From positions 1 to 54,719 of IMG/VR virus record IMGVR_UViG_3300046010_009690: a stretch of 54,719 bases of DNA; one strand, 5' to 3'. Made by a program: the position numbers and the translations under genes. Below, piece after piece: positions 26,882 through 34,706 of this stretch. Position 1 is the stretch's first letter, and each line of letters starts with the position of its first letter. A model generated the notes under the pieces. It was not told the DNA's origin. It saw only the letters and a program-made list of their open reading frames with translations, and searched no databases. This DNA is from a virus (Duplodnaviria > Caudoviricetes).

Positions 26882-27560
26882 CATTTACGTTGGTTACGAT
26901 TCTCGAGAGGACATTGCGTCTCGAGTTGCGTATGCGTCGATGTTTTACAATACCAAACACCCGATCAATATTTTCCCGCTTGATCTTAAGTGGCTGCGTG
27001 AGCACAATCTTTACTGGCGCGAAGTTGATCCGATGGCGTCGACCGAGTTCGCATTTTCGCGGTTCCTCGTCCCGCATTTGAACGATTACCGTGGTTGGGC
27101 GCTCTTTTGCGATTGCGATTTTATGTTCAGGCGCGACATATCGAAAGTCCTGGACTACAGAGACGACAACAAGGCGCTATATGTGGTTAAGCATGATTAC
27201 AAGCCGACTGAATCATTGAAAATGGACGGCAAGACGCAAACCCAGTACCCGCGCAAGAACTGGTCGTCATTCATGTGGATTAACTGTGGTCACGAGCAGG
27301 TAAAGCGCTTAACACTCGACGTCGTTAATCGATCATCGGGTCTATATCTACATCAATTCAAGTGGCTCACCGATGATGTGATCGGCGAATTGCCGCTTGA
27401 GTACAATTATCTCGAAGGGTGGAACACCCGTGAGCAGTGTGCGGATCCAACAGCCGTACACTTCACCCGTGGTGGTCCTTGGTTTAACGAATTCAAAGAC
27501 GTGGAGTACGCGAGCGAATGGAACAAGTACGCATCAACCGCACCGCACTCAGCCGGTTAA
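26868..27560 (+). CDS. GT-A (GT8-like) glycosyltransferase
   Basis: IYVGYDSRE, STEF.FSRFLVP, FCDCD, YPRKNWSS, HFT.GGPW motifs. Confidence 0.85.
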   Translation: MQPLNIYVGYDSREDIASRVAYASMFYNTKHPINIFPLDLKWLREHNLYWREVDPMASTEFAFSRFLVPHLNDYRGWALFCDCDFMFRRDISKVLDYRDDNKALYVVKHDYKPTESLKMDGKTQTQYPRKNWSSFMWINCGHEQVKRLTLDVVNRSSGLYLHQFKWLTDDVIGELPLEYNYLEGWNTREQCADPTAVHFTRGGPWFNEFKDVEYASEWNKYASTAPHSAG

Positions 27561-28210
27561 TTTGGGCTGACGTTTTGGCTTCTACCGCCTCGGTCGATCG
27601 CGAGGTGATATCCGAGCCGTTTGAATATCTCGAGATTAACCGTAAACGAGCGAATTACAACACAGGCTCGATCAACTTCACCAATGCTTGGTGCTTGTAT
27701 TCGCTTACGCGTTACTTTAGGCCAAAAGTCGTGGCCGAGGTTGGTACGTTCATCGGTAAATCTACGATGGCGATGGCTGAGGCTATGCAAGCTTCGTTCA
27801 TTGAGGGCGCTGTGATCCACACTTGTGATGTATCAAATGACATCTCGCTTGATGACCGGATTGATATTGACCTCGTGCAGTATCCGAGGAAGACGTCGAC
27901 TGAGATGTTTTTATCGATGAAGGAAGCCGGTATCAAAGCCGACCTCATGTTCGTCGACGGGCGACTGGCGGTCGACGATATTGACCTTCTCGGCGATGTG
28001 ACGCACCAAGCCACGGTTTTCGTGTTTGATGACTTTGAAGGAATCGAGAAGGGTGTGGTGAACGTCATGAATCTATCGACCCTACTCAGTAACGGTTACA
28101 CTCTTGTTTACCCGCCTGATACCGCACTTTTGCTTGACGCTTATCTCATGCAACCCGGCAATTTGGCGATGATTCTCCCATACTCGACTGTCAGATTCGT
28201 TAACCAATGA
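27518..28210 (+). CDS. Class I SAM-dependent methyltransferase (Methyltransf_24-like)
   Basis: VAEVGTFIGKST, DLMFVDG, FVFDD motifs. Confidence 0.75.
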   Translation: MEQVRINRTALSRLIWADVLASTASVDREVISEPFEYLEINRKRANYNTGSINFTNAWCLYSLTRYFRPKVVAEVGTFIGKSTMAMAEAMQASFIEGAVIHTCDVSNDISLDDRIDIDLVQYPRKTSTEMFLSMKEAGIKADLMFVDGRLAVDDIDLLGDVTHQATVFVFDDFEGIEKGVVNVMNLSTLLSNGYTLVYPPDTALLLDAYLMQPGNLAMILPYSTVRFVNQ

Positions 28211-29535
28211 ACCCGCTGCATAAAGAAGTCGACGCTCGGTTCTCGGCCGGTGATTTCGTCGGTGCGTTGCGGGTCACCGAATTCGGACTTGCCAAAAACC
28301 CATTCGATCTTAACTTATACCGTGCAACCGCGAAGCTCCACCAAGTAATGCGCAATCCGTATGCCGCAGAGCGTTGGTACACGGCACTCATCGATCACAG
28401 TCCACCAAGATATGCGGATTTTTACGACCGGTCGTCTGCTCGCAACGAACAATGCAACTATCCGGGCGTCATCGAAGATCTTAACCGAGCGGAACTCATA
28501 CGGAACGATGATGTGCAATTATATCTCCGCCGTGGTGGTGCATATTGGGAGATGAATGATTGGGCAAAAGCCGATGCCGACTTCAAGCGGGTGTTGCAGC
28601 TTGACCCCAACCACCCGGAAGGCGTGTGGGTCCGAGGGCTTCTCGACCTACAGCAAAGTAAATTCGGAACGGGTTGGCCTCGGTACGAGGCTCGGTGGCG
28701 ATCGCAGCGGTTCAAGTCTAACCGACTCGTGACGCAGAAGCCGCAGTGGTCACCGAATAGCAAACTTCGGCGGGTACTCGTGTGGGGCGAGCAAGGGATT
28801 GGCGACCAGATCCTCTACGCCAGCATGCTGCCAGTGCTTCGTTCGATGGTCGACAAGGTGACGATGCTCATCGACCCGCGGTTGATTGATCTTTTTCGCC
28901 GCTCGATGCCGGATGTCGACTTTTTACCGAACACGAGCGAAGTGTCGGTAGACGAGCACGATTCGCATTTGCCGATCGCCAGTATCGGTGCTCAATTCGT
29001 ACATTCGATTGACGACATTGAGAAGAACGTTGCGAGAAGTTATCTACGTGTGGATCCGAACAAAATCCCCACCGGGATACCTCGGGATAAGCCGATCATC
29101 GGTATTAGCTGGACCAGCAACGCAGTTAAGATCGGTCCACATAAAAGCATTCCGATCGACCAGATCGAACCGTTGTTATCTGACAAGTTCACATTCGTTA
29201 ATTTACAGTATGTTAAAAACTCTACCGACAAGCGACACCCCATGATTCTGCCGTCGCCGGTTGATTGCTTGATGGACTTGGATGGTCTCGCTTCGCTGGT
29301 GTCGATTTGTGATTGTGTGGTGTCGGTGAGCAGCTCAACCGTGCATATGGCTGCGGCCGTTGGTCGACCGGTACTTCTCATGGATGCCAATAAGCTCTGG
29401 TATTGGGGTAACCGCGACGAGAATAATGTTAGTTATTGGTATCCGAGTGTTAAAATCTTCCCTCGCGATCACGTCATGGCTCCTTGGGGGCCAGTTGTAC
29501 GAGCGGTACGCGACGAGCTTAATAGGAGATTTTAA
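28207..29535 (+). CDS. TPR-repeat plus GT-B (GT9-like) glycosyltransferase
   Basis: N-terminal TPRs; GW..YEARW, EQGIGD, IGISW, VSVSSSTVHMAAAVG, WYPS motifs. Confidence 0.85.
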   Translation: MNPLHKEVDARFSAGDFVGALRVTEFGLAKNPFDLNLYRATAKLHQVMRNPYAAERWYTALIDHSPPRYADFYDRSSARNEQCNYPGVIEDLNRAELIRNDDVQLYLRRGGAYWEMNDWAKADADFKRVLQLDPNHPEGVWVRGLLDLQQSKFGTGWPRYEARWRSQRFKSNRLVTQKPQWSPNSKLRRVLVWGEQGIGDQILYASMLPVLRSMVDKVTMLIDPRLIDLFRRSMPDVDFLPNTSEVSVDEHDSHLPIASIGAQFVHSIDDIEKNVARSYLRVDPNKIPTGIPRDKPIIGISWTSNAVKIGPHKSIPIDQIEPLLSDKFTFVNLQYVKNSTDKRHPMILPSPVDCLMDLDGLASLVSICDCVVSVSSSTVHMAAAVGRPVLLMDANKLWYWGNRDENNVSYWYPSVKIFPRDHVMAPWGPVVRAVRDELNRRF

Positions 29536-29744
29536 TGTCGGTGGATAACGAGTCGCCGCCCGGAGCGTGGCGGGATGAAATGGCGCGTATGCCTTGGCGT
29601 TACTCGCAGCAAGCCAAAGTCGATGAAGCGCTTGCTGAAATACGCCGAGCGGGTCTTGCGCTTGAAGCTAACGTTCTGGCGCAAGAGATTAATGTACTTA
29701 AGGCCGAAGTAGAGTCACTGCGTAACAAAGGTAACAATAGATGA
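29535..29744 (+). CDS. Hypothetical protein
   Basis: RBS AGGAG; coupled to neighbouring genes. Confidence 0.6.
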   Translation: MSVDNESPPGAWRDEMARMPWRYSQQAKVDEALAEIRRAGLALEANVLAQEINVLKAEVESLRNKGNNR

Positions 29745-30268
29745 TAGAGAATTTATCGAATAACGACATCCTGCTCGCACAGCACGTTAAGCGCTGGCAC
29801 ATGATCAGGATGCAAAGTCAGCAGAGCGTCGCTGAACACTCATATAATGTTGCTATGCTCACGATCCGGATGCTGCGTCACCTCGACAAGGAAGGTGTGT
29901 ATGGTATCACTCCCGAGGAGCAGCTTGCGGTGATGGAGTGGGCGCTGTGCCACGACATCCACGAGATCGAACACGGCGACGTCCCTTCGCCCTCGGCGGT
30001 CAACCGAGACGATGTGGAGGACATTTTCTGGAACAAGCGTGGCCGCGAAGTCGGTCCTTCCTTTGAAGCTTGCAATTTCGTGTGCTTGATGGACAAGGTG
30101 GAGGCGTATCTGTATTTCATTCACCATGGCTGCGACGGGATGCGCGACGGCAAAGCGATCAGTCAGTACTTGTATGACCGAGTGACGTACTCGCTCGATC
30201 AGTTCAGCCAGCCAATCCGCAATTACGTTAACGATTTGATCCGCACCGCGGCGAGGTTATATCTTTGA
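29741..30268 (+). CDS. datZ: HD-domain dATP triphosphohydrolase DatZ
   Basis: VKRWH, QSVAEHSY.V, ALCHD..E..HGD.P.P, D..EA motifs; same operon as purZ. Confidence 0.8.
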   Translation: MIENLSNNDILLAQHVKRWHMIRMQSQQSVAEHSYNVAMLTIRMLRHLDKEGVYGITPEEQLAVMEWALCHDIHEIEHGDVPSPSAVNRDDVEDIFWNKRGREVGPSFEACNFVCLMDKVEAYLYFIHHGCDGMRDGKAISQYLYDRVTYSLDQFSQPIRNYVNDLIRTAARLYL

Positions 30269-30666
30269 TTGTACGTACGCACGATAGTGAACTCGCTTTC
30301 CAGCGCAAAGTTATCCGGGCGTGTGCGGCGGTCGGGGTGCCGGTGCAGAAGTTCAACGACAACTTCTCTCACGGCATCCCGGACCTGTTCATAGGTGAGT
30401 ACGGATGGGTAGAGCTGAAAGTCCCCGGAGGCTCTCTCCGGGGGCCGCAGGTACTATGGGCTAAGAAATTCTCGGGTCGCCCGCTGCCGGTGATCCTGCT
30501 GTTCTCGGATGGGCGGGTGTTCGACCTCGCCCGGTGCACTCCGGGCAAGACCACTAAGCTTTGGTTCGAGAGGAACGCCGGGGCCGCACTCGACCCCGGC
30601 TCCTCGCCTATCTGCGGCTATTCAATGGGATCCGCGGTCGAATCCACCCCTTCGGCGTCATCGTAA
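30265..30666 (+). CDS. VRR-NUC / Holliday-junction-resolvase-like PD-(D/E)xK nuclease
   Basis: E..FQ, GIPDL, WVELK, LR..Q..W motifs. Confidence 0.75.
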   Translation: MIVRTHDSELAFQRKVIRACAAVGVPVQKFNDNFSHGIPDLFIGEYGWVELKVPGGSLRGPQVLWAKKFSGRPLPVILLFSDGRVFDLARCTPGKTTKLWFERNAGAALDPGSSPICGYSMGSAVESTPSASS

Positions 30667-30778
30667 ATCCGACCGCGAGTAGCGCTTCGTCGGTCCGGCA
30701 CGCGCCATCGACACGTTTGTGAGCCCTGATCGAGTCCGGGTTAGCGAATTGCTTTTTGCACTCTTTGCATATTCTCAC
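30608..30778 (-). CDS. Small Zn-finger protein
   Basis: CKEC...F......AH.....C; GTG start overlaps the upstream stop. Confidence 0.6.
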   Translation of the reverse strand: MRICKECKKQFANPDSIRAHKRVDGACRTDEALLAVGFTMTPKGWIRPRIPLNSRR

Positions 30779-30891
30779 CAGTAGTCCCTCCACCCTCGCT
30801 TTGCCGCCCAGTCAGGCGGTGGCACGTGCGCCCACTCATTCAGTCTGCGCCATTTCCAGTCCCGGTACATCCTCTTGATCCAGTCGATCAC
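30775..30891 (-). CDS. 38-aa Trp/Arg-rich peptide (not in the ORF track)
   Basis: MIDWIKRMYRDWKWRRLNEWAHVPPPDWAAKRGWRDYW; GTGA overlaps at both ends. Confidence 0.6.
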   Translation of the reverse strand: MIDWIKRMYRDWKWRRLNEWAHVPPPDWAAKRGWRDYW

Positions 30892-31487
30892 GGTTCGATC
30901 TCCTTTGCAATCCGGGCGAGGTACCGGGCAATCTCTTTATGTCGACGGATGATTCGTTCGATCTTCGCGAGCGCTTCCAGAGCTTCGTCCAGCTCTTGCT
31001 CATCGGTATCCCTACTTATGGTGGGGGTGGCGATGGGCTTGGCCTCCGGAGCCTTCTCCGTAACCGGCGTGGCGGTAAACACGATCTTTCGGTAGATCAT
31101 CCCGATCGGAGTGTTGGTCACCCCTTCGGTGGTCTCCACAACCCGGAGGTTCTTGAGAATGGTAACTTCCGATATCCCAGGGAGTACCGACCGCAGGTAG
31201 GCCTTGAGGTCATCCTTCGTGACCTCCTGCCCCTCGTGCCGGTGTAGATAAGCGAGAATCTCCTTCTTCGCCGCGCCGTATTTGATCCGCTTGCTGTCCA
31301 CCATATATCCAGCCCTCTTCATTCTCGCTAAGAAGTTATTGAATGCCCGGTGATCGCTCGGTGTCCCACTGTGGGTGATGATGTCGCGACCGTTGGGCGA
31401 ATAGAATTGGTGATGACCGCGGGTAGTGCGGTCATGTTGCCAGCCCTGTGCCAACGCTTCTCGTATCACGTGATCCATGTCGCTCAT
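30888..31487 (-). CDS. HicA-like N-terminal domain fused to a putative winged-helix/coiled-coil region
   Basis: A..QGW...T.RGH..F..P.G......GTPSD.R...N......KR.G pattern. Confidence 0.6.
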   Translation of the reverse strand: MSDMDHVIREALAQGWQHDRTTRGHHQFYSPNGRDIITHSGTPSDHRAFNNFLARMKRAGYMVDSKRIKYGAAKKEILAYLHRHEGQEVTKDDLKAYLRSVLPGISEVTILKNLRVVETTEGVTNTPIGMIYRKIVFTATPVTEKAPEAKPIATPTISRDTDEQELDEALEALAKIERIIRRHKEIARYLARIAKEIEP

Positions 31488-31665
31488 TATAATGCTCCTC
31501 AGCTATGATGATATCGTATCTCTTGATCCCGCGGTGCAAGGCCGTTCTGACCGTGGACGAGGGTACGCCCCACTCGGCCGCGATGTCCTTGTACTGGCGG
31601 GTCTTGTTCAGCTGTTGATCAAGTAGGTACCTGTACTGCTCGAGTGTTAATTGTACTGGTTTCAT
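31432..31665 (-). CDS. Small HTH DNA-binding protein
   Basis: YKDIAAEWGVPSSTVR helix-turn-helix pattern. Confidence 0.6.
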   Translation of the reverse strand: MKPVQLTLEQYRYLLDQQLNKTRQYKDIAAEWGVPSSTVRTALHRGIKRYDIIIAEEHYNERHGSRDTRSVGTGLAT

Positions 31666-31940
31666 GTCTCACCCCTCGCCCGAATCGCGGCGGCGCAGAA
31701 CTTTGCTACCGCGTGTGGCATTGGCTGACTATCTTCGTGGCTATTGCTGTAAATGTTATCTGCCATTTTCTCACACGCCTTCGCACACGCCTCCCGCTCG
31801 GCGGCGGCAACAAGGGCGGCGAAGCGTTCAAGTTCCTCTAGGTAAAACAAAGCCACTTCTTCACCAAAATCATAATTAATAAAACTTGTAACTCTGCCAT
31901 TCGCTTCTAGCGTCATGCGGGTAATGTCGTCGCGGTTCAT
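31662..31940 (-). CDS. Hypothetical phage protein
   Basis: LERFAALVAAAEREACA...CAAAIRARG motif common in proteobacterial phages. Confidence 0.7.
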   Translation of the reverse strand: MNRDDITRMTLEANGRVTSFINYDFGEEVALFYLEELERFAALVAAAEREACAKACEKMADNIYSNSHEDSQPMPHAVAKFCAAAIRARGET

Positions 31941-32350
31941 TTCGCCCCCCTCATGCGGTTCCCGAGGTTCATCCGCTGCATACCGATATTGAGGTGGCCA
32001 TACTTGGCGCGGAGCGTCCGGACGGGCTCCCCGAGCGCCTTCGCTGCAATCTGGTACATTTCCTTGACGTCAGTGCCACGAAGCTGCTGCGCGACCTTAT
32101 CATTGATGTCGATCGTGCGGTTGCCGTGAACGGTTAGACCGAGCCCGCGGACGTACTTGCTCATGTTGGGCTCGAGGATGCCGTGCTTCTGCTCGGATTT
32201 CAGCTTACGGCCGGTCATCACCGAGTAGGTGGTCTCGCAATTACCACAGTGCATCGACTCACCACGAACGAGCGGCCCGACGCGATTCGACCCGCAGTGC
32301 GGGCATTCCTTCTTGTAGTCAATCTTCTTGGTTACATTCAGCTTTGCCAT
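31937..32350 (-). CDS. Hypothetical protein with N-terminal Zn ribbon
   Basis: CPHC..CGNC; KY.HLN.GMQRMNLGNR.R; RBS AAGGAG. Confidence 0.7.
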   Translation of the reverse strand: MAKLNVTKKIDYKKECPHCGSNRVGPLVRGESMHCGNCETTYSVMTGRKLKSEQKHGILEPNMSKYVRGLGLTVHGNRTIDINDKVAQQLRGTDVKEMYQIAAKALGEPVRTLRAKYGHLNIGMQRMNLGNRMRGAK

Positions 32351-32516
32351 AATCTATCTCCTTCAGAAATGTAGCTACCCATCTATCAAATTCCCCGAGA
32401 TCCGTGAATCGCCTGATGTAGCGCAGATTCATCGAATCTCGGACTACGATCACCTTGGCTCCACCGCGAAGCGTTACCAAGGTGATCTTGTAGCCATCAA
32501 TATACCAATCGGTCAC
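32319..32516 (-). CDS. Hypothetical early protein
   Basis: Coupled ORF in the leftward early operon. Confidence 0.5.
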   Translation of the reverse strand: MTDWYIDGYKITLVTLRGGAKVIVVRDSMNLRYIRRFTDLGEFDRWVATFLKEIDYGKAECNQED

Positions 32517-32695
32517 TTGAACGCGGCCATCAACGCATCGCTGAGGGCTTTCATACCATCCGTAGACTCCGAGTAATTGCGCTCAGCGTAAGCTTCGGCA
32601 ACAGACTTAGAAAAGAAGCCACCTTCCACGACTTTACCATCGACCACGATGTCATAGCCGCGAGATTGTTTGTTCTTCACGATTTTGTACGTCAT
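32513..32695 (-). CDS. Hypothetical early protein
   Basis: RBS GAGGAG; coupled ORF. Confidence 0.6.
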   Translation of the reverse strand: MTYKIVKNKQSRGYDIVVDGKVVEGGFFSKSVAEAYAERNYSESTDGMKALSDALMAAFK

Positions 32696-32697
32696 GA

Positions 32698-32931
32698 TTA
32701 GATCTCCTCTGCGCGGGCTCCTTCGCGCAAAGCGTCAATGCGCGGCATCATGTCAAACGCTTCAGCAACGGCGGTAGCGAGCTCGCGAGCTGCGAGAGAT
32801 TCGCCACAATCCATGACAAATTGCAGCCTCATCGCCGCATCATTCAGCGCGTTGCCGTTGTTGCTCGAGGCCTTCGCTCTGCCGATGAGATTGATGGCTT
32901 CGGTGACGGCTTTCGTTTCGTAATAATTCAT
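32698..32931 (-). CDS. Hypothetical early protein
   Basis: RBS GAGGA; directly downstream of a promoter. Confidence 0.65.
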   Translation of the reverse strand: MNYYETKAVTEAINLIGRAKASSNNGNALNDAAMRLQFVMDCGESLAARELATAVAEAFDMMPRIDALREGARAEEI

Positions 32932-32966
32932 GTTAAATCCTCTATAAGCTATAAATCGACGGAGAA

Positions 32967-32995
32967 ATTACATCACACCTTGAAGGCTTACACAA
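32967..32995 (-). promoter_or_regulatory. Early promoter cassette 1
   Basis: TAA-TTGTGT-N17-TGTAAT; spacer homologous to cassettes 2 and 3. Confidence 0.65.
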
Positions 32996-33238
32996 TTATA
33001 TGCCACGTCGCACGATCGCGAAAAGATCGGTCTTGTAAGCAGCAGCCGGGAGACTGCAACCCTCGAGACGCTCCCACTTGTTCCAACGACCCTCACGCTC
33101 GGTAAGGAACCGAATCACCGGATTCACCCACTGACGACGCCACAACGTGCCGACGTCATTGATCGCATACTGAATCTTGAGCGGACGGCCAGTGATCGTG
33201 CAGATGCGCTCGTAGACGGGAACTTTGATGCCTTTCAT
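32996..33238 (-). CDS. Hypothetical early protein
   Basis: Follows the leader ATAGTTTATAGCGAGGTA; start MKGIKV. Confidence 0.6.
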   Translation of the reverse strand: MKGIKVPVYERICTITGRPLKIQYAINDVGTLWRRQWVNPVIRFLTEREGRWNKWERLEGCSLPAAAYKTDLFAIVRRGI

Positions 33239-33268
33239 TTCATGTACCTCGCTATAAACTATGAAGAA

Positions 33269-33297
33269 ATTGTACCACACCTTGAGACGCCGCGCAA
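33269..33297 (-). promoter_or_regulatory. Early promoter cassette 2 (leftward)
   Basis: TAA-TTGCGC-N17-TACAAT. Confidence 0.75.
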
Positions 33298-33345
33298 TTA
33301 TCCCCTCCCTTGAATATGGCTTGAAGGCTCCTTGAAGGGAGATAA

Positions 33346-33374
33346 TTGTGCGGCTCCTCGAGCTGTGGTTTAAT
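33346..33374 (+). promoter_or_regulatory. Early promoter cassette 3 (rightward, divergent)
   Basis: TAA-TTGTGC-N17-TTTAAT. Confidence 0.65.
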
Positions 33375-33401
33375 TCGTCTATAGTTTATAGCGAGGTAGT
33401 T

Positions 33402-33575
33402 ATGAAGACATCATACCGAACGATCAAGAGCGCGAACCGAGCCGGGTTCTACCGTATTTGTCGCATCGTCGAGCCCGGTACGGGCCGATACACCACGGCC
33501 ACGTACGAGACCGTCGTCGATCGCGCCACCGCCGAACGCTTCGCGAAGAAGCACGGCTTGTCGATGCCGCAGTAA
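33402..33575 (+). CDS. Hypothetical early protein
   Basis: Conserved leader/RBS followed by ATG 33402. Confidence 0.6.
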   Translation: MKTSYRTIKSANRAGFYRICRIVEPGTGRYTTATYETVVDRATAERFAKKHGLSMPQ

Positions 33576-33603
33576 TTTCGCCATAGTTTATAGCGAGGTA
33601 ATT

Positions 33604-33822
33604 ATGGAACGTGGTACCCGATTCGAAGTCCATCTTGTTTATTCTGATGGCGCGTTTTTGACCAGCAACACCACGACGCCATTTAAGCTCGTGCGATCGT
33701 GCGCGGAGGATTGCTGGAGTGTTCGTGACCTCGAGGACAACACCCGCTGGGTGTTTGGCACACTCGAGGAGGCGATCGAATGGATCACGTGGAACAGTGA
33801 TGATGTGAACGATACCGTTTAA
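33604..33822 (+). CDS. Hypothetical early protein
   Basis: Conserved leader/RBS upstream. Confidence 0.6.
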   Translation: MERGTRFEVHLVYSDGAFLTSNTTTPFKLVRSCAEDCWSVRDLEDNTRWVFGTLEEAIEWITWNSDDVNDTV

Positions 33823-33847
33823 TTGATAGCCAATAGGAGTATTGATC

Positions 33848-34072
33848 ATGGGTAATTTCGTGTCGATCGACGAAGCGGTGACGTTTTTCTTTGCCCGTGG
33901 GTTTGCGTGCATCCATTACATGGGCGAAGGACGCATCATGCATAAGTATGATCGGTTCTTGGACGAGAACGAGTTCATCCACGTGCGGCCGATGTACGAG
34001 GAGGGGGTGGTCGCTTACGAGATCACCGGCGACCAACTGCAGGATATGCTCGAGCGGAGGATGGCGGCATGA
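33848..34072 (+). CDS. Hypothetical early protein
   Basis: RBS AGGAG. Confidence 0.6.
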   Translation: MGNFVSIDEAVTFFFARGFACIHYMGEGRIMHKYDRFLDENEFIHVRPMYEEGVVAYEITGDQLQDMLERRMAA

Positions 34073-34158
34073 CCGAACTGTGGACGCTCTTTTGGCTCTG
34101 GACGGGTATCGGAGCTATGGCCGCGATATGTGCGATATTTTATCCGGAGGAGTGGTGA
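34069..34158 (+). CDS. 29-aa single-TM peptide (not in the ORF track)
   Basis: MTELWTLFWLWTGIGAMAAICAIFYPEEW; RBS GGAGG; ATGA overlap. Confidence 0.5.
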   Translation: MTELWTLFWLWTGIGAMAAICAIFYPEEW

Positions 34159-34618
34159 TGTAGCATCTACAGAAAATTAGATGCTACACGGGAGCGTAGC
34201 GTAAACGCAACAATGTAGCGCGGATGCAACACAAAATGTTTGGTGTGGGTAAATCACCGACGACCATCCTGCGGTCATTGTAGCGGCTAATATGGGTTTT
34301 GTAGTCATTGTGTAGCATAGGGGGGTGCTACACACGAACTATATTTCTCATATCGGTGGGAACCGTACAAAAAAAGGGCGATATACTATAGTGTGGCATT
34401 GTAGCGGGGGGGATATAGTATCTTGTGTTATCCCTAGGTATATATTTATATGCTTCTACCCCTATAGTATATCCCCTTTTTATTTGTGGAGGGGGTATGG
34501 ATGTGCGAACAGGGTATAGTATCCCCCCGCTACATGCTACAAATGTGTTCTCTACACGGTCGGGAACGTTTCGAGTGCGTGTAGCGGTTGTGATATCATG
34601 CCCGCTACAAATGCTACA
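34159..34618. repeat. Iteron-rich origin/packaging-like element B (inverted homologue of element A)
   Basis: About 12 TGTAGC/GCTACA hexamers; hairpin at 34159-34188; 25-nt perfect inverted match of 34457-34481 to 15255-15279. Confidence 0.75.
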
Positions 34619-34643
34619 CCGGACTGAAGCCGGGTGCCTGTAA

Positions 34644-34672
34644 TTGCTTCACAGGCCAGCCAATGTTATCAT
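34644..34672 (+). promoter_or_regulatory. Promoter of the terminase operon
   Basis: TAA-TTGCTT-N17-TATCAT. Confidence 0.55.
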
Positions 34673-34706
34673 CACTGCATCCGGGCAGTCAAGTACTTTA
34701 AGCGAT

